Origin: Candidatus Omnitrophota bacterium
GTDB lineage: Bacteria; Omnitrophota; Gorgyraeia; 2-01-FULL-45-10
NCBI GenBank assembly: GCA_020057115.1
Contig: JAGVGJ010000003.1
Location: 13,379 to 77,378, forward strand
Length of the DNA stretch: 64,000 nucleotides
Reading direction: 5' to 3'
Part shown: positions 27,844 through 39,806 of the stretch, piece after piece
How positions within the stretch are numbered: position 1 is the stretch's first letter
How the letters are laid out: each line of letters begins with the position of its first letter
The notes under the pieces: generated by a model
Database searches by the model: none
Seen by the model: only the letters and a program-made list of their open reading frames with translations
What the model was told of the DNA's origin: nothing
Made by a program: the position numbers and the translations under genes

Positions 27844-30800
27844 TCATTTTTGTTTTTTGCATATACATCCTCTCCTTTTTAAAAGTCTTCGATAACCGAG
27901 CATAAAAATACCGCTTATTATACTCACGACCGTCGCCGGCTCAGGAACTGAATTAAGAGGCTCGGGATCTCCCTGGTTGCTATAATAAGGATTACCCAGC
28001 GAAAAACCTGTAAATGAAGTGCCTCCTGTTATGGTGACGAGCTTGTTAACCTCATCTATGCTTGTGGTGGTGAACTTATGCCACAGGTTATCGCTACCAT
28101 AGTGGTATACGGTGAGGTCTGCCGGCAATATGCCTAGTGAGTTTAACAACAGCTCATCATACCTGAAGATTATGTCGACAGAGCCGAATACAAGCGACGG
28201 CGCTTCATCGCCAGGATTCTCGCCCCAGGTATATGTGTGAGCCCCTGACGCTACCTGTATGGCCGGGAGGGTCAGCTTACCTTGATTGGTGGCGAACCAT
28301 CCGTTTGTTGTGGTGTTGTCTATGGTATTCGTGACGCTTGCAAAGCCTGACATATCAAGCGTGCCGCCGTCAGCTATTATGCGGCCGTTATTGGTAAGGG
28401 TGCCTGTCATGCCTACAGCGCCTTGGCCCTGGAAGATTCCTGCTACGTCACTGGTATTTCTCACGACAAGATTACCCCCGCTTAATCCATCGCCGCTTAG
28501 GGTGAGTATTCCTGTGCCGCTATTTCCGATGATAACATTTCCGGCGGTAAGCGTCTTTCCGCTTGCCAGGGTGAACGAGCCGGTCGTGCTTGCAGCATTA
28601 CCGACATTAAAGTTCTCTATACTGATATCATTACTTGATAGCGCGAGCATTCCGCCGTCCATATTAATGGTGCCTGTGCCTGCAATATTATTTATGGATG
28701 TGGCATTAAGCGTCCCGCCGCTGTTTAGGTTCAATGTGCCTGTGCCGATAGTGACTACTTTGGCATTAGCCGTATCGCCTATATTCGCAACTGCGCTTGT
28801 AGCATCTATGGCGACATTGTTCGTAGCTTGCGGTATCACCTGAGGATTCCAGCTTGAGGCGCTTGACCAATTGCCTGTAGTCGTGTTCCACACTAGGTCC
28901 CCAAATGAGAATGTGAGTACTAGGTTTGTGCCTACTACGTTCTTGGTAAAGCTGCCTGAGCCGAACTGGTTGTCTATGGATGAGGTATCCGTAAAGCTCT
29001 TAGATAAATCCCACGAGAGGATATTAAAGGTATTGCCCTCGGCTATAGACCATGTGCCATACTTGGCTATCCTTAATGTGCCGTCTAGGCTTACATCTCC
29101 TCCGTTAACGTCTATGGTGTCATAGTATTGGCCGGGGGTCCCGCCTATGCCGCCGAGCTCGAATATTATAGTACCTGAATTTGTGAAGTTGCCGTTTATC
29201 GTGGTAAGCCCGGGTGAATTACCTGGAGACAGCGTGCCGCCTGACTGCACATTCAATGCGCCGTTAAATGTGTTCACGCTTAACGTGCCGCCTGTGAAAT
29301 TAAAGGCACTTGTGCCTGAGCCTCTTGTTATCGTTGTAGCCTTCAGATATCCGCCTTGGAGGTCATAGGTGCCGCTTGAGCCGACGTTATTACCTAAAAT
29401 AATAACGCCTGCCTGGTTCGTGCCACCTGTCTGAGTAAATGTGCCTTTGCCGGAAGCGCCGATATATTCAGTCTTGCCGGTTGCGTCAAGTAAGCCTGTC
29501 CCGGAAAGTGAATAGACGCCTGTGGCGCCTGCAGCGGAACCGATAGTGAGCGTGCCTTTCACTGAGGTGACGCCGGCTGACTGGGTGTACGTGCCGTTTG
29601 CACCGGCGCCGTTATACCCTATGCTGATCTGATAAGCATCGTTCGTGCCGCCTGTCTGGGTGAATGTGCCCTTACCCAGGTTTCCGATATATTCATATAA
29701 AGTTTTAGAATCAATGTAACCTGTGCCGGAAAGATTATAACTGCCTGAGGAGCCTGAGGCATTGCCTACATTCAGGGAACCTGCGCCTCCTGATAATATT
29801 TTGGCCGTTCCGCCTGACTGCGTGTAAGTGCCGTTTGAAAGGTTATTATTACCTACATTAATAATTTTTGCCTGGTTGGTGCCGCCTGTCTGGGTGAATG
29901 CGCCTGTTCCGGTGGATCCTATGTTTTCGGTTGCATTTGTCCCATCTATAAGGCCTGTGCCGGAGAGAAAATAACTGCCTTCGGAAGTGCTGTTATTGCC
30001 AACGTAGAAGGCGCTTGTTACTGTATTTGTCCCGCCCGACTGGGTGTATGTGCCGCTTGAACCTGAACTATTACCTATATATATAGTAGCCGTCTGATTC
30101 GTACCACCGGACTGAATTAGAGTGCCTTTTCCGGAATTGCCGATGTATTCCGTAGGAGCTGAAAGGAAGCCACCCGACACAGAATATGTTCCTGAAGATC
30201 CTGACAGATTGCCAACGCTGAATGTGCTTATTCCTTTATATGTCCCGCCTGTCTGTGTATATGTGGCGTTTGAGCCGGAAGAATTACCGATATTTAAATT
30301 AGATACAGCCATGGAATTGGCGGTCAATGTGAATGTGCCGCCGTCTATATTTAAAGTACTTGTGCCCACAGGAGCTGCTATTGCATTTGTTACGCTTAGC
30401 GCTCCGCCGCTTAATGTATATGTGCCGTTGCCGCCTGTACCTGTCGCGAGACCTAGCGTCGCGGCAATATTAGTGTCGCCTGATTGGGTGAATGTGCCTG
30501 CGCCTGAGGTACTTATAGATTCACTGGTTGTTGTCAGCGTGCCGCCTGTCATATTGATATTGCCGCTATCGCCTGAATTTTGGGCGAGATATAAATTAGC
30601 CGCGGCTGCTCCGGCAGTCGTGATGGACACTGTCCCGCCATTATTAATAGAGACGGCGTCCGAACTTGTGGGCACACCGGTCGTCCAGCTGCCAGAAGTA
30701 CTCCAATCGTCTGTAGTCGCTTGCCACATATTATTGTCATAGCCGATCGCGAGGTCGCCTGTAAAAGCAGCGACACTGCCAAAACTAGTCGTAGTCAACC

Positions 30801-32277
30801 AATTATTCGTAGTATCAACACTTGAAGTAACATCTGCCCATGCGCTGCCATTATACCGGTAGATCTTTAGGTTAGCCTCATGCGAACCTGCCAATAGATC
30901 ATCGTACCTGAAAATGATATTTGTTGAAGTGGCCGTAAAACTTGCAGGGACAACGTTGTAGTAACTTATCAAAGTGCTTGTTGCGAGCGGATGGATGTCG
31001 GAGGTCCTATCAAGAGAAAGAAGCGACATGGTCAGTGATCCGGAGGCACCTGATTCCCCTGCGAATGTAAATCGAGCGCTATTGACAAGGTCTATAGTAG
31101 TATCACTGGGAGCCTCCCCCCAATTGTAAGAACCATTTCCTGTTATCGAAAGTGCCTTCAAGGTCAGCTTACCTTTATTCTGGGCAAACCATCCGTTCGT
31201 CCCGCCTGTAGTCGGATTCTCCATGGTATTTCCAATGCCATTTACGACATTTGCAAGACTCAAAGTCTGTTCAGCGCCATAGCCATCAGCGATAACGCGG
31301 CCGTTATTGACGAGCGCGCTATAAGTCACTGTAGGCGAGCCGTATCCCATGAGTGTGCCTGAGGCTCCTGCATCCTGGCGAACAGTCATGCCAACGTTGG
31401 ATATAAATGTTCCGCCTTTAAGTTCGTATGTTCCGCTTCCGCTGGCACCAGCTCCTATATAAACGTTTCCTACCCCCACCCGATTAGTACCGCCCGTCTG
31501 GACAAATCTGCCGCTGCCAGATTTACCTATATATTCACTCGCACTAGACGAAAGGTCGCCTCCGGATAAAATATAAGTACCTGCGGCGCCTGCCTCTGAG
31601 CCGATCATAAGGCCGGTACTTGTTATTCTGACTGTCCCGCCAGATTGGGTGTATGTGCCGCTTAAGCCGCTGTAAAAACCTACGGTAATATTAATCCCCT
31701 GGTTCGTGCCGCCAGTTTGAGTAAATGTGCCTGTTCCGTTACTACCGATGTATTGAGCTGCGGTGGTAGTTGTATCTAAAATACCTGTGCCGGAGAGAGA
31801 ATAACTGCCTTTAGAGCCAGCGCCATCGCCAAGGTAGAGTGACCCTGTTACTTTGTTTGTCCCGCCTGATTGGGTAAATGTGCCTGTACCGTATTGGCCT
31901 AAAGTTTCATAATACACCGTTAGATTGCCGGATGTCATGTTCACGGTTCCGGTGGTGCCAGCAAATTGGCCTAAAGTGAGATCATACGTGGCTTCGCTTG
32001 GCTGCGTGATATTTACTATGCCATTGTTATTTACTTTTGAATAATCACCGGACGCCGGTTCTGTGCCTCCCCAGTTGGAGCCCGTGGACCAATCGCCCGC
32101 ATTGCCGGCAGCTCGCGACCAAACTCTAGTTGCCGCGACAGCGGGCGGGGCATGTACCATGGCTATTAACGATATGACCATAAAAATTCCGATGCTAAGA
32201 GTAGCGATCTTTCTAAACAATGCCCTCACCCCTTTCAGGTTTTTGTGAATCATTTTATTTGTTGATCTATTTTTCAT
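27844..32277 (-). CDS. giant PEP-CTERM protein (1477 aa) with about 40-aa Gly/Thr/Ser-rich beta-strand repeats
   Basis: Start trimmed to MKNRSTNK (AGGA RBS); signal peptide; more than 20 repeats of GTFTQ(S/T)GGTN...; C-terminal VPEPATVVSIISGIFMLGYRRLLKRR PEP-CTERM. Confidence 0.8.
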   Translation of the reverse strand: MKNRSTNKMIHKNLKGVRALFRKIATLSIGIFMVISLIAMVHAPPAVAATRVWSRAAGNAGDWSTGSNWGGTEPASGDYSKVNNNGIVNITQPSEATYDLTLGQFAGTTGTVNMTSGNLTVYYETLGQYGTGTFTQSGGTNKVTGSLYLGDGAGSKGSYSLSGTGILDTTTTAAQYIGSNGTGTFTQTGGTNQGINITVGFYSGLSGTYTQSGGTVRITSTGLMIGSEAGAAGTYILSGGDLSSSASEYIGKSGSGRFVQTGGTNRVGVGNVYIGAGASGSGTYELKGGTFISNVGMTVRQDAGASGTLMGYGSPTVTYSALVNNGRVIADGYGAEQTLSLANVVNGIGNTMENPTTGGTNGWFAQNKGKLTLKALSITGNGSYNWGEAPSDTTIDLVNSARFTFAGESGASGSLTMSLLSLDRTSDIHPLATSTLISYYNVVPASFTATSTNIIFRYDDLLAGSHEANLKIYRYNGSAWADVTSSVDTTNNWLTTTSFGSVAAFTGDLAIGYDNNMWQATTDDWSTSGSWTTGVPTSSDAVSINNGGTVSITTAGAAAANLYLAQNSGDSGNINMTGGTLTTTSESISTSGAGTFTQSGDTNIAATLGLATGTGGNGTYTLSGGALSVTNAIAAPVGTSTLNIDGGTFTLTANSMAVSNLNIGNSSGSNATYTQTGGTYKGISTFSVGNLSGSSGTYSVSGGFLSAPTEYIGNSGKGTLIQSGGTNQTATIYIGNSSGSSGTYTQSGGTNTVTSAFYVGNNSTSEGSYFLSGTGLIDGTNATENIGSTGTGAFTQTGGTNQAKIINVGNNNLSNGTYTQSGGTAKILSGGAGSLNVGNASGSSGSYNLSGTGYIDSKTLYEYIGNLGKGTFTQTGGTNDAYQISIGYNGAGANGTYTQSAGVTSVKGTLTIGSAAGATGVYSLSGTGLLDATGKTEYIGASGKGTFTQTGGTNQAGVIILGNNVGSSGTYDLQGGYLKATTITRGSGTSAFNFTGGTLSVNTFNGALNVQSGGTLSPGNSPGLTTINGNFTNSGTIIFELGGIGGTPGQYYDTIDVNGGDVSLDGTLRIAKYGTWSIAEGNTFNILSWDLSKSFTDTSSIDNQFGSGSFTKNVVGTNLVLTFSFGDLVWNTTTGNWSSASSWNPQVIPQATNNVAIDATSAVANIGDTANAKVVTIGTGTLNLNSGGTLNATSINNIAGTGTINMDGGMLALSSNDISIENFNVGNAASTTGSFTLASGKTLTAGNVIIGNSGTGILTLSGDGLSGGNLVVRNTSDVAGIFQGQGAVGMTGTLTNNGRIIADGGTLDMSGFASVTNTIDNTTTNGWFATNQGKLTLPAIQVASGAHTYTWGENPGDEAPSLVFGSVDIIFRYDELLLNSLGILPADLTVYHYGSDNLWHKFTTTSIDEVNKLVTITGGTSFTGFSLGNPYYSNQGDPEPLNSVPEPATVVSIISGIFMLGYRRLLKRRGCICKKQK

Positions 32278-32304
32278 TTTTTTCCTGGACCCTAAAACAA
32301 AGAT

Positions 32305-32378
32305 CCCAACCACGCATACTGCATGATTGGGAGTTAAAATAAAAATCCCGACCTACATTTCTAGATCGGGAGATAAAA
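32305..32378 (-). terminator. two tandem intrinsic-terminator-like hairpins in 5' leader of giant PEP-CTERM gene
   Basis: CUCCCGAUCUAGAAAUGUAGGUCGGGAUUUUUAUUUU then CCCAAUCAUGCAGUAUGCGUGGUUGGGAUCUUUGUUUU, immediately before the RBS. Confidence 0.45.
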
Positions 32379-32380
32379 AC

Positions 32381-32468
32381 TCTCATCTCGCTTTCACGTA
32401 AGCAAATACGGCAACTGGCTGCCATTGTCTCCTACGGAGAGTTAGGCCCTGTAGTTTTGCCACGCCAT
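32381..32468 (-). ncRNA. conserved PEP-CTERM leader motif, copy 2
   Basis: See copy 1; identical 18-nt core AUGGCAGCCAGUUGCCGU; near-identical promoters (TTAACA-17-TATAAT versus TTAACA-17-TAGATT) upstream of both. Confidence 0.5.
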
Positions 32469-32659
32469 ATTATTTGATTGGCGCGATCCCGCGCTATTCG
32501 TAGGGATGTCGCCGGGTTTCCCCGGGTTTGCTATTATCCGAAACACCTAAAGAACAATGCCAAGCTCGATCACAAATCTAGTATATCTTATAATCTATGT
32601 TAAAGCAATAGAAACCTAGCTTCCTATTTCCGTGTTAACGGGTGATTGGAAAAAGATAA

Positions 32660-32698
32660 AATCCGTAAAAATGGCCCCGGGTTTTCCCCGAGGCCATT
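32660..32698 (-). terminator. Rho-independent terminator of groEL
   Basis: AUGGCCUCGGGGAAAACCCGGGGCCAUUUUUACGG. Confidence 0.65.
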
Positions 32699-32737
32699 TG
32701 CTTTCTTACAGCTTAAAGCTTATAGCTTAAAGCTTTT

Positions 32738-34691
<1,954 letters not shown>

Positions 34692-34764
34692 GCTGCCTCC
34701 TTTTATTTAATGTGTCTTGATAGATTGCTTCGGCCTTCGGCCTCGCAATGACAACTTCCTGCTT

Positions 34765-34791
34765 TTAGCACTCACTGGCCAAGAGTGCTAA
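34765..34791. promoter_or_regulatory. CIRCE operator (HrcA binding site)
   Basis: TTAGCACTC-actggccaa-GAGTGCTAA, perfect 9-N9-9 CIRCE between promoter and groES. Confidence 0.88.
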
Positions 34792-34801
34792 CAGAGATGC
34801 T

Positions 34802-34829
34802 ATTATATGAAAATCAGAAAAATTGTCAA
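34802..34829 (-). promoter_or_regulatory. sigma-70 promoter TTGACA-16-TATAAT for groESL
   Basis: Minus strand TTGACAatttttctgattttcaTATAAT directly upstream of CIRCE. Confidence 0.7.
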
Positions 34830-34837
34830 CAAAATTG

Positions 34838-35599
34838 TCAGGAATTTGACGCGGTTATCAGGTTGAGACCTTTTAAGGTGAGATCCTCGTCGACGATATC
34901 TATCGACTCGGAATATTGTTTGATGAGGCCGGCATTGCCGCCTGTAGCGACCACCTTCATATCTTTACCGAGCATGTTGCGGTATTTTTCTACCAGGCCG
35001 TCGCACATGGCGCCGTAACCGAACAGTATCCCTCCCTGCATGCTTGATTCGGTATCTGTCCCTATCAGGTGCTTGGCAGGTTTTAATTCTACCTTTGGCA
35101 GGAGCGCTGTCTGCTTGTGAAGCGACTGGAGGCCCATCTCAATTCCCGGAAGTATCAATCCGCCGAGATAGTCCCCTTCTTTTGATATGACATCGAATGT
35201 TATGGCTGTCCCGAAATCTATTACGACAGCCGGATGGCCGTACAAGGCGCGGGCCGCATATGCATTTACAAGGCGGTCCTGACCCACCTCTTTCTTTTCT
35301 TGATACATGTTCTTTATAGGAGCTTCCACGTCCCTGCCGATTATGCGGATATTGCATTTAACAGACCTGTTCAGGGATACTATGAACCTGGCAAGCGCGA
35401 TCGGGACAACGCTCGATATGGCCGCATGCCCGACATCATCGGCTTTGATGCCGCATTCTTTAAGGATCCTTTTTAAGTGTTTCTCATATAAGGAATAGGA
35501 AAACGTGGGGATCTTGACTTTCCTGGCAGCGTGCTTGCCCTTGAACAGCCCGATCGTTATATTCGTATTACCTATATCTACAGCTAGCATGTGGCTCAT
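34838..35599 (-). CDS. coaX: type III pantothenate kinase
   Basis: MLAVDIGNTNITIGLF N-terminus, 253 aa. Confidence 0.85.
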   Translation of the reverse strand: MSHMLAVDIGNTNITIGLFKGKHAARKVKIPTFSYSLYEKHLKRILKECGIKADDVGHAAISSVVPIALARFIVSLNRSVKCNIRIIGRDVEAPIKNMYQEKKEVGQDRLVNAYAARALYGHPAVVIDFGTAITFDVISKEGDYLGGLILPGIEMGLQSLHKQTALLPKVELKPAKHLIGTDTESSMQGGILFGYGAMCDGLVEKYRNMLGKDMKVVATGGNAGLIKQYSESIDIVDEDLTLKGLNLITASNS

Positions 35600-35605
35600 T
35601 TATAT

Positions 35606-36583
35606 CTACTCCATTATCACTACGTCACCCGACGACACCTTCTCCATCTGGCCGCGCTCGCGTCGAACGACCAGCGAACCGTCCTGGTCGATATCATGCG
35701 CCTGCCCTTCGAATGTCCTGGAGTGGGTCATTACCTTGACCCTCGAGCCTATGATATCGGAAAAACTCTTCCACTCCTCTATTATAGGCCCAAAACCTCT
35801 TTTCTTCAATGAGGCATACTCATGTTCCAGGGATTCGATAAGTTTTCTTGCCAGGCCCACCCTGGACAATTTTTCGCCTCTTCCGGACCTGGACATCTCT
35901 TCTTTCAGAGATGTCCCGACCTTCGGGAGGTCCGCGCGAGACGTATTTACATTGATGCCTATTCCGAGGATAATAAATCCGACGGCATCCGCTTCCGCCT
36001 TCATCTCGGTAAGTATGCCGCACACTTTTTTACCGTTTATCAATATATCATTCGGCCACTTTATCATGGCGCTCAATCCCGAAAACTCCCTTATAGCCTT
36101 GGCGACTGCCACTGCGGCCAGAAGCGTGATCCTCGATATCTCGTTCGGCATGATATCGGGCCTCAATATGCAGGACATGTATATGCCGCCTTTCGGAGGG
36201 GATGCCCACTTGCGGCCAAGCCGCCCCTTTCCGGCAGCCTGCTCTTCGGCGATTATGACCAGTCCTTCCTTCATGCCTTTTTCTGCAAGAGAATAGGCGA
36301 CATCGTTCGTAGAGTCGACTTTTTTGTATGCGATCACCTCTTTACCTAATATGCGGGTATCAAGCTTCCACTTTATCTCGTCAGGTATCAGGCTGTCTGG
36401 CGAGGCGACAAGCCTGTAACCCAGATGCGGTGATGCCTCTATCTCATAGCCTTCTTCGCGCAGGCTCTCCATCCTCTTCCATATCGCGGCTCTCGAGATA
36501 TCTGCATCCTTGCACAGCTCATCGCTTGAGACGTATTCGCCCGGCCTGTCACGCAATACTTTTAATATCTTCTCGTCATGCAT
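35606..36583 (-). CDS. birA: bifunctional biotin--[acetyl-CoA-carboxylase] ligase / repressor
   Basis: N-terminal wHTH, GRLGRKW biotin-binding loop, 325 aa. Confidence 0.85.
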   Translation of the reverse strand: MHDEKILKVLRDRPGEYVSSDELCKDADISRAAIWKRMESLREEGYEIEASPHLGYRLVASPDSLIPDEIKWKLDTRILGKEVIAYKKVDSTNDVAYSLAEKGMKEGLVIIAEEQAAGKGRLGRKWASPPKGGIYMSCILRPDIMPNEISRITLLAAVAVAKAIREFSGLSAMIKWPNDILINGKKVCGILTEMKAEADAVGFIILGIGINVNTSRADLPKVGTSLKEEMSRSGRGEKLSRVGLARKLIESLEHEYASLKKRGFGPIIEEWKSFSDIIGSRVKVMTHSRTFEGQAHDIDQDGSLVVRRERGQMEKVSSGDVVIME

Positions 36584-38597
36584 TTTTGCCTGGCTCTCCT
36601 GGACCCTGGTCCCTTGCCCCTTGACCCAACCCGTATTTTTCCTTGAGCTCTTTTATCTGATCCCTGAGCACCGCGGCGCGCTCGAACTGCAGATTGCGCG
36701 CGGCCATCTCCATGTCGCGCTGGAGCTCCGATATAAGCATAGTCACATCATACTCATCCGCCGTCTCATCGGCGGCCTGGCATATCACTTCCCTGGCCTT
36801 CTTGTAGGATTCTATGCCCTCCCTTACGGCCTTCTCTATCGAGCGGGGGGTTATATTGTGCAGGACATTGAAGTCGGTCTGGATCTTGCGTCGGCGATCG
36901 CCTTCATCGATAGCTGCCTTCATCGATCGAGTCACCTTGTCAGCATACATGAGCACCCGACCGTTCAGGTGGCGCGCCGCGCGGCCTGCGACCTGGATAA
37001 GGCTCGTCTCGCTTCTCAGGAATCCCTCCTTGTCTGCATCCAGTATGATTACAAGCGATACCTCCGGAAGATCAAGCCCTTCCCTCAACAGGTTTATGCC
37101 GATCAGGCAATCGAACTTATTGAGCCTGAGGTCGCGCAGTATCTCGACGCGCTCTATGGCGTCGATCTCCGAATGTAAATATTTGACCTTGAGCCCCATC
37201 TCCTGGAGAAAGCGCGCCAGGTCCTCTGCGAGCCGTTTCGTAAGAGTGGTGACAAGCACCCGCTCTTTTCGCTCGGCCCTTTGGCGCACTTCTTTTATAA
37301 GATCGTCTATCTGATTTTTTGTCGGCCGCACCTCTATCGGCGGGTCTATAAGCCCGGTAGGCCTTATTATCTGCTCGACTATCCTTCCTCCGGACTTTCC
37401 TATCTCATAGTCAGAAGGCGTGGCAGACACAAAGACAGTCTGGGGAATAAGCGCCTCGAACTCTTCAAACTTAAGAGGCCTGTTGTCGAGAGCCGACGGA
37501 AGCCTGAAACCATATTCGACGAGCGTCTCTTTTCTTGCCCTGTCCCCGTTATACATCCCGCGCACCTGCGGTATGGAGACATGAGATTCGTCGATAAATA
37601 AGAGGTAATCCTTAGGAAAATAGTCTATAAGGCACCAGGGCCTTGAGCCGGCAGGCCTTCCTGATATATGACGCGAATAGTTCTCTATGCCGCTACAATA
37701 ACCTATCTCCCTCATCATCTCGACATCATACTTGGTCCGCTGCTCCAGCCGCTGAGCCTCGAGCAGCTTGTGGTCATGCCTGAATTCGGCGAGCCGCCCG
37801 CAGAGCTCTTCCTCTATGGACTTTACGGCTTTTTCTATCCTCTCGCCGGTAGTGACAAAATGCTTTGCGGGATATATGCCGACCTTCTTTACGCCTGTAA
37901 GTATATTACCAGTGAGCGGGTCTATCTCATATATATGTTCTATGCGGTTCCCGAATTGCTCTATCCTGTATGCAGTCTTAGTGTAAGCCGGATACACCTC
38001 TACGGTATCGCCCCTTACCCTGAATGTCGAGCGCTTGAAATCATAATCATTCCTGTCATAGTGTATCGCTATCAGCTTCTTTAGGATGGCGTCTCGAGGC
38101 ACCTCTTCGCCTTCCTCGAAAAATGCAAGCATCTCGCCGTATTCTTCCGGAGAGCCGAGACCATATATGCATGATACGCTCGCTACTATTATTACGTCAT
38201 CCCTGGACATGAGGGAGCTTGTCGCGGAGAGCCTCAGGCGGTCTATGTCCTCATTGATGGATGAGTCCTTCTCTATGTATATGTCATTATGAGGGATATA
38301 TGCTTCGGGCTGGTAATAGTCATAGTAGCTAACAAAATACTCGACCGCATTCTCCGGGAAAAATTCCTTGAATTCGCTGTATAGCTGGGCGGCGAGGGTC
38401 TTGTTGTGGGATATGATGAGCGCGGGCTTCCCGATATTAGCGATGACATTCGCCATGGTGAATGTCTTGCCTGAGCCGGTGACCCCGAGAAGCGTCTGGA
38501 ATTTATCATTCTTATTCAAGCCCGCGGTGAGTTTCGCGATAGCCTGGGGCTGGTCCCCTTCGGGCTTAAAAGAGCTTACTAGCTTGAATTTCGCCAT
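36576..38597 (-). CDS. uvrB: excinuclease ABC subunit B
   Basis: GVTGSGKT Walker A, helicase motifs, C-terminal UVR domain; tail [13 protein letters not shown] is encoded by a heptamer-repeat copy (36596-36640). Confidence 0.95.
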   Translation of the reverse strand: MAKFKLVSSFKPEGDQPQAIAKLTAGLNKNDKFQTLLGVTGSGKTFTMANVIANIGKPALIISHNKTLAAQLYSEFKEFFPENAVEYFVSYYDYYQPEAYIPHNDIYIEKDSSINEDIDRLRLSATSSLMSRDDVIIVASVSCIYGLGSPEEYGEMLAFFEEGEEVPRDAILKKLIAIHYDRNDYDFKRSTFRVRGDTVEVYPAYTKTAYRIEQFGNRIEHIYEIDPLTGNILTGVKKVGIYPAKHFVTTGERIEKAVKSIEEELCGRLAEFRHDHKLLEAQRLEQRTKYDVEMMREIGYCSGIENYSRHISGRPAGSRPWCLIDYFPKDYLLFIDESHVSIPQVRGMYNGDRARKETLVEYGFRLPSALDNRPLKFEEFEALIPQTVFVSATPSDYEIGKSGGRIVEQIIRPTGLIDPPIEVRPTKNQIDDLIKEVRQRAERKERVLVTTLTKRLAEDLARFLQEMGLKVKYLHSEIDAIERVEILRDLRLNKFDCLIGINLLREGLDLPEVSLVIILDADKEGFLRSETSLIQVAGRAARHLNGRVLMYADKVTRSMKAAIDEGDRRRKIQTDFNVLHNITPRSIEKAVREGIESYKKAREVICQAADETADEYDVTMLISELQRDMEMAARNLQFERAAVLRDQIKELKEKYGLGQGARDQGPGEPGKNA
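36596..36640. repeat. heptamer repeat copy forming uvrB C-terminal tail
   Basis: tggaccctggtcccttgccccttgacc. Confidence 0.6.
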
Positions 38598-38598
38598 A

Positions 38599-39480
38599 TC
38601 AGACTATATCCAAAGTCATGTCGATATCTTCAACGGAGCTCGTGAGCGAGCCGACGGATATCATGTCGACTTTTGTTTTGGCGTATTTCTCTATGGTGCC
38701 GAGATCGATGCCTCCGGATACTTCAAGCTGAGGCTTTATCTTGGAGAGCTTCCTTATGTCCATGCATGCTTTCACGTTATCCGGCGTCATATTGTCGAGC
38801 ATGATGATGTCGGGCTTTCCCGAAAGCGCGTCGCTGAACTCCGCCAGGCTCTCCACCTCGACCTCGACGACAGTTCCTTTGATATTATTCTTCCTCGCCC
38901 TCTCGACAAGGTCTTTTAATTTAAGCTTCTCTCCGCTGTCCGAACCCCGGTGCCAGATGCCTGCCACCCTGATATGGTTATCCTTGATCAGGACCGCGTC
39001 ATAGAGCCCCATCCTGTGGTTCGTGCCTCCGCCGGTAAATACCGCGTACTTTTGAAGATAGCGCAAAAGCGGTATAGTCTTCCGGGTATCCATGATCTTG
39101 ACGCCATAAGGCTTCGCGATATCGACGAATTTTCTGGTTTTGGTCGCTATGCCGCTCAAGAATGCGACAAGGTTAAGCATAGCCCTCTCGGTCTTTAATA
39201 TGGACTGGGCGCGCCCTTCTATATAGGCGAGCTCCTTCCACGCGCCGACAAGATCCCCATCCGAACAATTGGGCTTAAAACGGACGCTGCAATCGATGGC
39301 GCCAAGCATCCACTCCGCTATCTGAAGCCCGCAGACTACGCAATCCTCCCGGGTCAGCATCACGGTGTCTATCGACGTCGACTTATCGATAAGAGCGCTC
39401 GTGGTGATGTCGCCAGAGCCTATATCCTCTTTGAGCACCGCCTTTATTATTGCCAGCGTTCTCGCCTTATCAAGCTGCAT
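38599..39480 (-). CDS. nadC: nicotinate-nucleotide pyrophosphorylase (carboxylating)
   Basis: QAPRTase N- and C-domains, 293 aa. Confidence 0.9.
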   Translation of the reverse strand: MQLDKARTLAIIKAVLKEDIGSGDITTSALIDKSTSIDTVMLTREDCVVCGLQIAEWMLGAIDCSVRFKPNCSDGDLVGAWKELAYIEGRAQSILKTERAMLNLVAFLSGIATKTRKFVDIAKPYGVKIMDTRKTIPLLRYLQKYAVFTGGGTNHRMGLYDAVLIKDNHIRVAGIWHRGSDSGEKLKLKDLVERARKNNIKGTVVEVEVESLAEFSDALSGKPDIIMLDNMTPDNVKACMDIRKLSKIKPQLEVSGGIDLGTIEKYAKTKVDMISVGSLTSSVEDIDMTLDIV

Positions 39481-39485
39481 CTATC

Positions 39486-39794
39486 CTAATCTCCGAATTC
39501 CTGGTCTGATGCGGTGACCATGGGCATGCCGGTATTAGGATCATAGTCCAGATACCTGTCATTCATACCGTCGCCGTCATCGTCGTAATCTTTTCGGACT
39601 ATCCTGTGCTGGTCATCATAAACGTCTACGCCGTCTATCTTAGTGTCGCCATTCCTGTCAACAGGCACTTCTTTATATTGCTTGGCCACTGCCGGCTGAC
39701 TCTCATCCTTCGCAGGCGCTTGCGCATCCTGGGCATGGCATGTCCCAAAAAATATAGCTAACGTCAATATCGCAACTAAATAAAAATACCGCAT
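39486..39794 (-). CDS. secreted Asp-rich (putative Ca-binding) small protein
   Basis: Signal peptide; DRNGDTKIDGVD and DYDDDGDG motifs. Confidence 0.45.
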   Translation of the reverse strand: MRYFYLVAILTLAIFFGTCHAQDAQAPAKDESQPAVAKQYKEVPVDRNGDTKIDGVDVYDDQHRIVRKDYDDDGDGMNDRYLDYDPNTGMPMVTASDQEFGD

Positions 39795-39806
39795 ATTTCC
39801 CTCCCG

